Of a stretch of 64,000 bases of DNA, positions 23,952 to 36,639 are shown in pieces. The position numbers and the translations under genes were made by a program. The notes beneath the pieces are model-generated. The model saw nothing but the letters and a program-made list of their open reading frames with translations. It was not told where the DNA came from and did not search any database. The DNA comes from Gnetum montanum (taxonomy: Eukaryota > Plantae > Gnetophyta): NCBI GenBank assembly GCA_015680685.1, contig MNCI01002011.1, forward strand, positions 694,470 to 758,469. Reading direction: 5' to 3'. The stretch's first letter is position 1. Each line of letters opens with the position of its first letter.

Positions 23952-26845
23952 ATGAGTGACTCTTCTTACAGAACATCTCAACAAAGAACTCATACTCTTA
24001 CCCCTAGTCAACTAGCTACTCATCAATTTACTTTAAGAAAACAATGAGCTTCACTTTTTCCAAGTTCAATTCCTAAGAAACCTCGGACTAAGATGACAGC
24101 CCATCAACCCCCGACTCCCTTAGTAAGAAACCCTTTTAACTTTCATAATTACCATGACATGCCAAAATCCCTTCAAAACATAAATCTGTTCTTCGATCCT
24201 ACAACCCCTACAAATGATGCCCGCCAACACATACTATGTTTTGAAACCTTACCAAGGATCCACAACATTATACATAATGATGTGGCATGCAGGGTATTTG
24301 TAACAACATTTAAGACCAAAGAAACCCAATCATTCTTAATGCTTCCTAATGCCTCTATTAACACATGGTAAGAATTCAAAAACAAGTTTTTGAATCAATT
24401 TGACAAATTTACAAGCCCTGGTATCACATCAAGCAACTTTACCAACCTAAGAAAGCTACATGGGGAAAATGTTTGAGATTATAACCTTAGATTCCTTCAT
24501 CAACTTGCCTATGTGCCAAATGAGATGCGACCACAACTAGATGGTATCCTCAACTTCTATCTCTCTACCATTGATCCATTTTTTGCTTATGCTATCAAAT
24601 TTGATCCCAACATAACGGAAATACAAGGTGCAATGTCAAAAGCTATGGAATTAGAGCAAATAACCCTTATGAACAGTATCCAAACCCAACTTGGGATGAT
24701 GAGTGTTAATAACCCTATGCAATCAAACCCACTCCTACCAACTTTTCAAACGTCTAATGTTACGCCTCAAGTTGTTTCTCCTTTTCAATCAACTCAACCT
24801 TTAAGTAATTACTCACAAGGCCTCATGTCCTTTTCATTCTTACCATCCAACACTGGTTTGAATGATGACCAATTAAAAGCCTTGATTCAATCCATTATAA
24901 ACCCAAACGGGACATCAAATTATGTTGAACCACCAACCCAAACTCAAAATCAGATGACCCAAATACTCACTTCACTACAAAAACTATCTAATGAAGTGGT
25001 TGAGCTAAATAGAAATAATAACAAAAGCCCTATACAACCAGAAAAACCAAGTGCATCAATAAATGATGATTATTGTCGTCTTCATAATACAAGGCAACAT
25101 TCCGAAAAGACTTGTCCTCAATTCATGACATTGTATGGTGATAATATCCAAGGGCAACAAAATGGGAAAACCCCTATCATGGTCCTTAATGTACCTCATG
25201 AGACAGAAAATGAAGAGGTTTCCTCATTAGAACAAGTTATGGTAGGCGATCCTAACCCACACAACACTCGCTATAGCAAAATTAGTGACATTATGAATGC
25301 TACACAACAACAAACTAGGAACAATTCCTATACACCTCTAAACAGAAGAGTTCCTAGTCAAAACAATGCAAACAACCAATTCGGGTCATCCCAAGTAATT
25401 GCCCCACAACGACCAAACTCCCCTTCTATACTTAGAAGAGTTCCATCTCAACAAGAAGCCAAAGATGAACATAAGAATTATGATTTGGTTGAGGACTTAA
25501 AAAGAGTTAAAGCCAACATTTCGATTTATGACCTCCTACACTTTAACGAAATGAAAGAAGTGATTCAAGATATGGTTCATATATCCATAGCCCAAAGATA
25601 AAAATCCCCAATTCCCGAAAGGCAAGTTCACTTTGCAGAAAGTCCTAACACATTATCAATACAAAACATGAATAATTCCATGTCTAGCAAAAAGGACCAT
25701 TCCCCTTTTCTAACCACATTGATTATTTTAGGAAAGAATGTCCATAACTATTTAATGGATTCCGGTGCAACTATTAGTATTATGCCTCTTGATGTTTGTA
25801 ACGCTTTAGGAGCACAAATGATACCACAAACTAAAAGTGTGATTCAACTTGATGGATCTAACGTACCTGTGGTAGGGTTATTAAAAGGAGCAAAGGTACA
25901 ACTTAAGCAATACCCTACATTTACATGTTATACGGATATCCTAGTAGTTGACATGAAACCCACATATGGTATGCTCTTATCTAGGACTTTTGGAGCTAAG
26001 TTTGGGGGCTTCTTTAGGTCGGATTTCTCAGAATTATGGATCCCTATCAAAGGAAAGTCTAAATACATGAATATACCCCAAGAACCCTTCTACAAACAAG
26101 TAGTAACAACCTTGGATCAACAAAATCAATCTTTGGAAGATCAAAATGCTAATCTTTATGTTGGGTTATTGAGGTTGAGTGTAGTGAACATGTTGAAAAT
26201 GACTATGTGAGTGGAACTACAAAAAATCCTATCTCTTATGCAGATCCCATCCAATCCTATCAAAGTTCTAGAGAAGGTGAAGAAAACTATGGAGACACCT
26301 TGCCTTATCAACAACACGATGGATTTTGTCTAAGTGATCCACCACCTTTAGGGGAAGACAAAGATATAAATAAGACCTTACCTCTTAAAACATTTGAAGG
26401 TGTGCTAAATTTTAACAACACATCCATGGAACATTCTCCTAGAAAAGCTATATCCGATGACCCACCAAAACCTAGACCTATCATTGAAACTTATATTAAA
26501 GAAAAACTTTATAGAAAATGATCAAGCAAGATAAGTGTAGGTCTTGATTTTCATAATCTTAAGCATCAACAAATTGTCAAGAGATGGTTCAATAAAAAAC
26601 ATCCAGTTAAAAATTTTCAAGTAGGCGATCTAGTCCTTAAGAGAGATAGAGCGTCTGGTCAAACTGGCCCTCAAACTAAGTTTTCACCTATGTGGTCAGG
26701 TCCATTCCAAATTGTAGACATCACTACCCCAAATGTGTTTAAGATTGCTGATTTGCAAGGATATAGGTTGAATAGGAATTTTAATGCATTTCATTTGAAA
26801 CATTTCTACTCAGGTACCCCACGTGGGCATCTAGTAGATTCTTAG
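23952..26845 (+). pseudogene. gag - aspartic protease - integrase C-terminal (GPY/F) module, lacking RT, RNase H and integrase core
   Basis: ORFs 24093, 24513 and 25668 share one frame from ATG 23952. Motifs YCRLHNTRQHSEKTCP and YLMDSGATISIMP; after one frameshift, FQVGDLVLK...KFSPMWSGPFQI...FNAFHLKHFY. Confidence 0.9.
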
Positions 26846-28115
26846 TTGCATGTTTTCTTCCCCTTTTTCTTTGCATTTCATATGTATATTATTGCATTTC
26901 CATATTTTGCTTGCATTTTCATCATTTCCTTCTTAGCATATTGTTTTGATTATTGTGTTCTTCATATGATTTTAATAATCATTGGTCATTTGAGTTACTT
27001 GATATTGGGTCATCTTAACACCATTGGAAAATAATGTAGGTATAATATAATTTACTATTACTATAATATAATGCTATAAAATATGCTTTATATTTTATAA
27101 ATACTATAACTCTTTCCGATTGATTCCAAGGTTTCAGTTTATTTGTTATGTTAGATTTTGGAGCATTTGACTTATACAAACTTATCATGTTATCATCATG
27201 AGCATGTGAGTGTAGGATATGTGATGTTGAAGAGTGGTTAGTCATAATTACTAGGTGACCTTGAAAATTCTATCCTTTCCTCTCATAAGCCCAAGCCCTT
27301 AGGTATGATGATCCATGGCTATCCTATGAACGACAGGGTGAAGTGTGTTCATTTCTACTTGAGAACCCTTAGCCACCTAGGAGACTTGCTATGATGCCAC
27401 CAATCAAAGGCACATACACGAGGGTTGAACTGCACCATGGGCAAAGTTTCCAAAAGGACCATGCTCTTTGGCAATGTAGCTAATTGGCCAAACTTGTGTT
27501 GGAATTCCTACCTCAAGAATGAAGTACACCATGAGCAAAGTTTTCTTAAAAAAAACAAAAAAACAAAAAATGAGGACCATGTTCATTGGTAGTATAATAA
27601 GTTCTTGAGCGTGATGGGGTTCGGCAACAATCTTCACCCCAACCTCCATTTCCCCTTTTAAATTTAAGTTTCCAAAAGAAAAAAAAAACCAAGGAAAAAT
27701 CTGAAAGTTGTGACTTACTATGATCTAACATGAGTTTTAGCTCATCCTCCTCATTAGGTTTTGTATAAATCACTTGCTCAAAATAGTCTGCATACTTTTA
27801 CTGTTTCCTTGTAAGGATATTGAGAATGAGAGCTTAAGCATATATCTACATATATATATAATTACACATATATATCTATAGATCTTAGTTAAAATAATGA
27901 TAAATTATATATTTAGATTTTAATGGTTGTTTGAATGGCCTATGTCGGTGTCTCTTTCGATTATTTGGTTATTTTGATCATGTTTAGAACATTATAGTTT
28001 ACTTTCAAGTTTACATTTCTTATTTCATGTTGTTTTTGTTTCCCCATCTGTTGCATTTTCATTCAAAATTTTATGGTCCTTGCACTTGCATGCAATCTAT
28101 AGTTTGGGGGCTAAG

Positions 28116-29724
28116 TGTTGAGGCCAACTTCACCCATGCTAGGCATAGGGCCTTGACCAACAGTAATAACATAACAATTGCACTTTAAATTAGTTGCAAG
28201 GTTAGATATAGAGATGCAGAGGCAACTCCAAGCAGTAGCAGGAAGCTTCAAAACATTGTCATCATCCCTATTGCCGTCACTCTTCTCTGCATTGTAACTG
28301 CCATGGCTATTGATATGATGATGAGATTTGATATTTGGTTTACTCAAGAAATTGATGATAAAGGTGGCTATGCCTAGCAGCCTTATATACGTAGGCAAGG
28401 CTATGCATGGAAGCAAACTGTATCATAGATTTCAATCTCCTTCCCATGAAAAAAGACAAAGAAAAAAAAAGTTCTTCCAGTAGTCAATACACGGCAAAGA
28501 AAATTTTACCGGTAGCCTACGTCATGATTGACGGGAACGAAAGAACGCTTACAGTATTCAAAGTCTTATAGAGATTTTGATTTTTAATGAGCGAAATTTA
28601 GCAACATTGATTTCAGCATCTACGCTGGGTACATAAATAGGAAAAGCTATCTTCCAAATCCACATGAAACCTTTAACTGCCATGGTAGCTGAACATTTAG
28701 ATTTATAACAACATGAGCAAAGTTGGAGGACATTCTAAAATTTACTGGGACACCTGTGGGACGCAGTTTATAAATGGCTTTAACAGTTTTACAGAGTTAC
28801 AAAGTTACTGAATGTATTGATTACATGGTGTTAGCTTATCTGTTTGCTTTGATTATTTATGATGCTTCTAATGATTCCAGAATTAAGAAAATTTGATTTG
28901 ATCTATTTTTAAATTCCTTGTCAGCATAGTACCTTTAAAAAATAAAAAAATAAAAACAAAAATGTATTTCAACATAAACCATAAAACTTAAGGCTTATTT
29001 TTTTTTAGTTTTCCGCATTACGGTTGACGTGGCAAAGGTAGTTGGCGGTTTAGGGTTAGGATTTCTCCCGCAGGCCCCTATTTACAATGGAGCCATCCAA
29101 AGCCAAAAGGGCATAGAAGAGCCGCAAGTCTCTCGCGGACGGTAGTCTCTCTCTCTACACTACAGAAAACAGTAGTGACCAAGGCATGTGAGATGCAGCA
29201 ATGCACACAGACGACGCCCCCGAGCAGTGGGTGACTGAAGTCCTTCTCTTCTTCCTGATATTGGGGGCACTGTCAGGAATAGGAAAGTAGGTGTTGGCAG
29301 CAATGCATGAGGCAGTTCGTAGAAATAGCCGTAACGTACAACATGCACACCTCTCTCCCCTACAATGGCTGTAGCAATAGCAGCTAAGGACCTGTGAGGG
29401 TGTGTGTTTCAGTTTTCTCTTCTCTCCTGCAAGAAGTTGTTGCACCAAGCGGGTGACCAGCAGTAACGTCTTTTTCTTTATTTTCTTACCTTATAACAGA
29501 CGACAAACACTCTATCGCAATGAAGAATCAACAGTGAACGCCACAAACGGTGGCAGGGTGGTTTCTCTCAAACAGTAGACAACACACCAAACAAGGGTGG
29601 TTAAGCAGCATTGGATTGGATAAATTTGAATTTAATTTTAATTTTCTTATTGTATTTTTTTAAGGAAAGAAAAATTGCACAAATGTTTAATTTTGATTTT
29701 AGTTATTTTACTATGCTTTTCAAA
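28116..29724 (+). repeat. LTR 2 of the Tat-like element (3' end lies in the assembly gap)
   Basis: Colinear copy of 21927-23529 with scattered transitions. Confidence 0.92.
28185..28389 (-). pseudogene. Second copy of the host-like promoter/signal-peptide fragment
   Basis: ATG at 28304 reads MAVTMQRRVTAIGMMTMF*SFLLLLGVASASLY; TATATAA at 28389-28383. Confidence 0.55.
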
Positions 29725-29987
29725 NNNNNNNNNNNNNNNNNNNNNNNNNNNNNNNNNNNNNNNNNNNNNNNNNNNNNNNNNNNNNNNNNNNNNNNNNNNN
29801 NNNNNNNNNNNNNNNNNNNNNNNNNNNNNNNNNNNNNNNNNNNNNNNNNNNNNNNNNNNNNNNNNNNNNNNNNNNNNNNNNNNNNNNNNNNNNNNNNNNN
29901 NNNNNNNNNNNNNNNNNNNNNNNNNNNNNNNNNNNNNNNNNNNNNNNNNNNNNNNNNNNNNNNNNNNNNNNNNNNNNNNNNNNNNNN
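29725..29987. other. Assembly gap (263 N)
   Basis: Run of N; the size roughly matches the missing LTR end plus PBS region. Confidence 1.
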
Positions 29988-30472
29988 AATTATTTTACTT
30001 TTCTAAAATTTTGTAATTTTAATTTTACTTCTAAAAATTAAAAAAAATAATAAAAAAAATAAAAAAATATAGCATTCAAATGTTTTTTTCCATTTTCTTT
30101 AATTTTCACAGTTTATTAGCATTTTACATTTCTTGTTATTTTTTATTTTATGAGTGACTCTTCTTAGAGAACATCTCAACAAAGAACTCATCCTCCTACC
30201 CCTAGTCAACTAGCTACTCGTCAATTTACTTTGAGAAAACAACGAGCTTCACTTTTTCCAAGTTCAATCCCTAAGAAACCTTGGACTAAGATGGTAGCCC
30301 ATCAACCCCCGGCTCCCTTAGTAAGAAACTCTTTTAACTTTCATAATTACCATGACATACCAAAATCCCTTCAAAACATAAATCTATTCTTCGATCCTAC
30401 AACCCCTACAAATGATGCCTGCCAATACATACTATGTTTTGAAACCTTACTAGGGATCCACAACATTATATA

Positions 30473-31104
30473 TAGCTTTTCTTTCAAGAAGAGTTTAATG
30501 GCTTCGTGCAAGAAAGGGAAGAAGTCTTAATCAATCAGGCTCCAACCAATCCAACTCTAAAGGTAAGGAGAAAGCTAAAATTTTTAATTCTAATTTTGAT
30601 GATTTTTCAATATAATGTTGAATATGTGGAGGAAGAGGCCATATGGCCTTGGAATATCCTAGAAATGACAAGTTACAACAAAAAGAGAGGATTGATGTGG
30701 ATATGAAAAAGACCAACTTCTACACTAGTTGGGATGATGATGAGAAAATTAAGAATAAGTGGGTAACTCCACAAAGGATTCTCACCTTATTTGTAGGGCA
30801 CTTACAAATGAAAATTCATTACAAATTTATGATAAACCATGAGGTAAGTATGATGAAAGGTATAGTAAATTAGGTGAAGAAATTCTTATCCCACATTATC
30901 TACTTAAGAAGGCAAAGAAAAATGTGTATAGAAAATTTTCTAAAATTCATACCTTATCTTCCAGATTAAAAGGAGAAATCTCATACATAAAGGATGAGAT
31001 TCAACTACTAACCCCATTAGATAAACAGAAATGCAAGGATTCTCAAGAAGGAGGGATCCATGAAAATTAGCCTAAGGGTGAAGATTTGGAAGAAATGACT
31101 TAAT
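30473..31104 (+). pseudogene. SIRE-like gag, C-terminal part (zinc knuckle and coiled coil)
   Basis: C*ICGGRGHMALEYP near 30616-30660, homologous to ~62500-62545; no protease or pol before the PPT. Confidence 0.75.
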
Positions 31105-31344
31105 GACTTGCAATATGATTGTGATTTATGGATTGTAATATGGTTGTGATTTATGGAACATAGTGTACCATTGGGATCTAGTGGATATATTTAAACCAGT
31201 GTCATGAGCAATATTGTGATTATATGTCTTAATAAATTATGAGTTGAATAACTATAGTAAGGATGTATCATCTTTAGATCAATTGATTTTTGGACCTACT
31301 AACCCATTTTCTTAAGTTTTGGACATCACTAAAAAGGGGGAGAT

Positions 31345-32461
31345 TCTTGACCTTTTGGTATGCCAAAACCTTAAAGAAAATGGAGAACAAAAAGAAAAAT
31401 TTTTTGTCATGGATGATGTGTTTACAAGACATGAACAAGAACTCCACATTAAGACTAAGGACTCAAGGAAAACAAGATCTACAACAAATTGACAAAGTAA
31501 AGATCTAATGAGCCAACATGAGAGCATGAATGAGCATGGATTGAAACCAAAGACTACAAACCAAATGAAGATGCTCCAAGGATTAGAAAGAAGCCAAATT
31601 AACAAAAGAAATCCTTAGGAACTAGAGTTTAAGAGTTGAGGAGACGTCTCCAGAAATAGTAGACATCTCTATCAAGAAGAGAGAAATCATAGAAAGACGT
31701 TTATGAGAAATAATAGACATCTTCATCTAAAAGAAGACATCTCTAGGGAGACGTCTCTATAAAGACAACCCACTTTAGAATGAGACATCTCTCTAGAATT
31801 AAGGTAGATCTTAGGTGGATGTCCCAATTTCAAAGGAGATGTCTACACTAGCCGTTTCATGTTTGAGGCTATAGGAAGACATCAAATTCTTGAGGATTCT
31901 GCAAGTTTTGTCAACATTAAAGAAATCATTGTCATATTTATGCTCTTGTACTATTGTCCTTCATTGTCACATCATTTGCTTGGTTGTATGTTAATTGTAT
32001 GTTGAATTGAGCTTCAATGAAAAGGACTTGTAATTGTAGTTACATTCTTTCCTTGTATCATTTATTTTTCTTCTTTCCCTACAGGCCATCTGTATTGAGC
32101 TTGTTGGAATCCTATAGGATTGAGTGGTTTTGCAATGCCAAAACACTCTGGAGTGAAGCTTAAATTTGTAAAGGTTGTGGAATCCTCTAAACCATATTTT
32201 GAGCTTGTTGGGACCTTGTAGGATTAAAAGATTTTGCAGCAATGAAGCTCTTTGTAGCAAAGCTCAAATATTGTAAAGGTTGTGGTTTCCTCTAAACCAC
32301 ATTTTAAAAGATACAAAGTCTAGAGGTGTGCAAGGAATCTACCCTTCGAGTGTGGACTACCCAAGTTGGGTTTTCACATAATTTTTGGTGTGTTTTCTGT
32401 GACAGGTTTGACTTCAAGTTGAGGAACTTATTCAACCCCACTTCTAAGTTCTTGATCATCG
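31345..32461 (+). repeat. 3' LTR of the SIRE-like element
   Basis: Follows the PPT; colinear with 19728-21467; C-rich TTCAACCCC motif near the end. Confidence 0.9.
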
Positions 32462-32945
32462 GCTTCTCTATTCTTATCCTAACCAAGTTGGAAAATTGGT
32501 AAAACAAGTAGTATTTCATAAGCTCTTCGAAAATATAGAAGGACAAAATATTTCTATTTAAATAGTATTAAGGGAGCTCTTAATTCGAATGCATACTATT
32601 TATTTGCTACTATTCCCTATGAGTAGCAAATCAAGAATGGGTTCTTATCATGTGAGTGTTGAAATAGGTAAATAACTCAAAATTCCTCTTGAAGAATAAA
32701 TATGTCAACTATGCAATAGAAATAGTATTAAAGATGAATACCACATTTTACTTCAATATCCTAATTGGAGCATATTAGACATAAATGGGATATTATAGTT
32801 GGAAATTTTGTTGATTTGTTCTAAATGTTACTGAGAATACTCAATAATTTTCTTAATAATGTTTTCAAAACTCATAGTATGTATATTTCTACTGTCCAAT
32901 AGATTTAGAGGGTCTATGGACATGGATGTAATAAAATCTTAATTT
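32462..32945 (+). mobile_element. RTE-X-like LINE, 3' part (C-terminal zinc-finger region and tail)
   Basis: RMGSYHVSVEIGK*LKIPLEE*ICQLCNRNSIKDEYHILLQYP at ~32635-32762; continuation of 17050-19727. Confidence 0.8.
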
Positions 32946-34190
32946 TCAAATTTTTTTTACTTATTACTATATGTATGAATTATCTTTTATTAGTGGTTCT
33001 AATTAAGTTCTATCATTCACCAAGCACTACACCATGCATGATTAAATATTCTCATGCTTTTATGGAACCTTGTTGATTTCTATCTACTCTTGGGGATTGA
33101 CCTCCTACATTTTCTATGCACTGTCCAATGAAAAATAGGAGTGAATAATTTGTTTGATTATAGGTGAGTTCTAGTACATGTCTTGTGATGTTAATTAAAA
33201 TTTGAACCTTAATGTGTTCTTTTTGTCGTTATTCCTGTTTTCATTTATCTGACAAAGAGTGCTATCATACTCATTCTATTGTGATTTCTTCAAATATTGA
33301 ATTGTTCAGTATTTTTGGATTTCATTCTTCTATGATATAACTCATTTTATATACATGGTTTTAGATTTTCTCTTTCTAGCTCTTTAATTTAAATGTAAGC
33401 ATTGATTATCATTTTTTGTGCTATCTAATATTCATGCTACCGATGCTGTGAATCCAAATTTGGCTAAGTTATTTGTGATACTGCTGGGCTAAGTCAGTTG
33501 GTCGAGTTATTTGTAATATTTTGATTAAACATATTAAGTAAAATTAGGGTATCACATAACTTTTAAAATGACATGAAAATGAGTTAACCACGTCAACCAC
33601 CACCTCTCACTCCATATAGTAAAAGTTTTAGTTCTGCTAATCCATTTCTCTTCTCATTTCTTGTACAGCTACTTATTGATTCAAGCTTTTAAAGTTTATG
33701 TTTTTTGTTATAAAAAAATTTAAAATGAAAAAGGTAAAAAGAAACAACTGTTCCTCAATGCACCAGTATTTGTCACATTCTATAATTTTAGTACAGAATG
33801 AAACTACTTCACCACAATTTCAGACCTAACACTCTCTGTGATTGGTCTTCATGCACAATTTCAGTACAAAAGATATCATCCATAGGCTTTCTTCCACCGT
33901 TTGTTAGCGTTGGATTGAAAACCATTGGCGCTGGCGCCTGATGAGATGGCTGGGAAAAATATAAAATATAAATCCCATGGGGAAAAAGGAAAAAATCCAA
34001 AGTTAATAAAGGCTCTGAGTTTTCTATCACTAAATTTTGCAGCATACAAGTTTAAGGGGCTGGTTTAGGGTAATACGCCGTAATAATAAAGCCGTCTGAT
34101 AGCAGCATATAACGAGGTAAACGCAAAGACTAACCGGGAAGAATGATAGAAAAGAAAAATGGCAGATGCTGTTGCAGATTTGCAGAGACG

Positions 34191-35323
34191 CTAAGGCAGC
34201 AGCAGCAGGAGCGACAGCATAAAGGAAGAAGATAACGGCAAAAGGTATGAAATAGCATATGAAGTTAAAAATGAAGAAGAAGAGGAAGAGATGGTGGTGG
34301 TGGAGGTGGCGGTGATGCGCTGGGAAACGTCGAAATCACCGCGTTTGGAGGAGTTACTGCAGGCTTCATTGACGGTGATGCGGACGTCCTTAATGGTAGC
34401 GTTGTTGTAGAATTGGAAGTTGGACATGATGTTATCCAAGCAATTCAGAACACCAAGCGTCTCGTTGGAGCATCCTCCATTGCAGTACTCATCCGTCTCA
34501 TCCTTTGCAACATCCAGTGTTCCCAAAGAACCCAGCCTGAACTTCTCCTGGCATTTCGTCACCTGTATTTTTAACTGATCATGATGTTATATTATCCTCG
34601 ATACAATATTTTGTAACCCCCATAAAATAGGGAATATGGTGTTATATATTGCTAACTGTTAGACGGGATAATGCTATCTTATATAGTGCTGATTGTTGGA
34701 CAATACAAAGAGGCATGTAAAAAGGAATGCTTTGATGAATGTTGAATTTTATCAGTTTTATCAGAATAGATAAACAGCATAATATAGATATGATCAAATT
34801 TGAAGTGATTTTTATTTTATTTTAGACGGTTTAGGCTTGTGTTAAAGGATTAGATAATAAGGTTATAAGAAAGGTTGCTACGTAAGGGAAACAATAAAGA
34901 TCTGAAAAACTATTGTCTAAAAAGCTTTTCATAAAAAAATCAGACTCCATTTTGTTAAGACAAGGGTGGTATAATGATGATGAATTGTTTTCTTCATATC
35001 AAAATCAAGTTTCAAAATCTTGGTTTGTGAAGTGAGGCTTACATGATTGAAGCAAACAAGAGCTTTGCCCACGACATCAGGCGTGTTTCCGGGATCAAGG
35101 CCACCATCCTGCTGTGCCTGCCCTGTCGCTGCTGCTGCAGCACTATCATCATCACCTGCAAATTGTCAAAATACAAATGTGATCCACCACATATGGATTA
35201 AAATTACTATGATTTTCTGCATGGAAATTTACCTGCTGCAGCAAATACAGCTGCAATAGACAGGAGGAGGAGGACGCATACGAGAGCATGAAACAAAAAT
35301 ATGAGTTTCTTCATCGACTCCAT
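34191..35323 (-). CDS. Secreted, probably GPI-anchored cysteine-rich protein, DUF7731-like, 191 aa, 3 exons
   Basis: Exons 35323-35233, 35155-35043 and 34562-34191 with GT-AG introns (phases 1 and 0), frame intact. N-terminal signal peptide MESMKKLIFLFHALVCVLLLLSIAAVFA; core VVGKALVCFN...CQEKFRL...TDEYCNGGC..ET..VLNCLDNIMSNFQFYNNATIKDVR...C...RGDFDV; Ser-rich spacer and hydrophobic tail. Family recalled, not searched. Confidence 0.92.
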
Positions 35324-36639
35324 ATCCTCGAGTTATTGTCTGTATGTGCTACAGCTGCTTTGTTACTCCTAGAACCGCGTTTTAACATAAAGCGGACCAC
35401 AGACAAAACAATATTTGTTGTCGTTGTTGGTGGCTGGCAGGCATGAAGCGTGATTGATTGCTTCACTAAACCAAACAGGGTAAGCAAAAAAGTTGTTAAG
35501 GAATGTCACCCACGACGGAAATTGCAGGCACGCACTTCTATGCAAAGCAGTAAAGTTGGTTATTTCCTCTTGCCAGACACGGGCAGCAGCAGCTACTACA
35601 TTTCTGAACAACGACGGATGAGGCCTGTAAATCTAGCACCTTCTCCAGATTAGTTTCCTGTAATTTTCACACAAGCTCAACAAGCCACCAAACAGGTTCG
35701 GAAATTCACATAAGCTATTCCAATACCCAACTTTTCTTTTCTTCTTCACGGTTCGCAATTTTAGGAATCTCAATTTTTTATTCACTTTTCTTATTTACGG
35801 TTCGCTATTTTAATACGAAACTGAACGTTTATGAGGACTTCTTAGATTTGTCGAACCCGTTCAGAATTACTGTTACAAAATTTTGTCCAGCCAAAATTTC
35901 TTTTACACCATTTTTATTTTCTTGCATAACTCAGTGTAAACTACTCTAATCCAACCTATAACCTGAGTTCTGTATGTTTTGGTGTTTCATGGTGGTGTGA
36001 GATAGTTTTCTGCTTTGGTGGCTTCGAAATAAGCCTCACCATGCTAGCCGCTAGCAGCCAACCAGTGAGTTTTTAAATCTAAATTGCTTTGTTTTCTTTT
36101 CCTTGTTTTTTAAAGAAATTGACCTATCATTATCGTTGTCCAAGGACTGCTAGCGCCATCAGCAAATTCATCTGGTAATTAATTATGTAGTTTCCAACTT
36201 CAAAATTTATTCATTTTATTTAGTAAAAAAACATATAATAGAATAGAATATAACATGGACCTTCACTTGCTAATGAGATGATAGTTCAATTGTGATTGAT
36301 AATTGTGTTTATTTGTTTAGTAACAAGTTGTCGGTTGTAGAACCAAAAATAGATGACTTTTATAAAACTTAGGTAAAATATAAAGGTATGTTAGATGCTC
36401 AACTAATTGAGCAATGCTCACTAATATTAAGTAACAAGTTGTAAGTTTGAACTTGTTAAAAAGAGCTACATGTTCAAATTTCTTTATATATCATAAAGAT
36501 TATACTTAAAGCTTCTTGCTATGTCTTTTCTAGTTATTCTATGTATTTTTAGTAATTATAATATAAAATTTATGGTAATGACTTAGTCCTAACGATGAGT
36601 TAAAGATGCACTATTAATCTTTTAAGTCATGAATCCATT

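Larger units (their letters stand above)
21927..30472 (+). mobile_element. Non-autonomous Tat-like Ty3 element in tandem (LTR-internal-LTR-truncated internal)
   Basis: LTR 21927-23733 (TGTTGAGG...CATCAACA), tRNA-Asn-type PBS, gag-PR, PPT-like TTTGGGGGCTAAG before the second LTR at 28116. ~30050-30472 repeats ~23855-24272. Confidence 0.9.
19728..32461 (+). mobile_element. SIRE/Maximus-like Ty1 element with gag only and no pol (TR-GAG-like), carrying two nested insertions
   Basis: LTRs 19728-21467 and 31345-32461, PBS TGGTATTAGAGC (21470-21481), PPT AAAAAGGGGGAGA (31331-31343), gag DGFNFAYWKVRLQG plus zinc knuckle. The LINE continues on both flanks. TSD imperfect (CATTC/GCTTC). Confidence 0.85.

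Noticed and set aside
29611-30016. ORFs of 131 and 113 aa
   Set aside because: Artefacts of translating the N gap.
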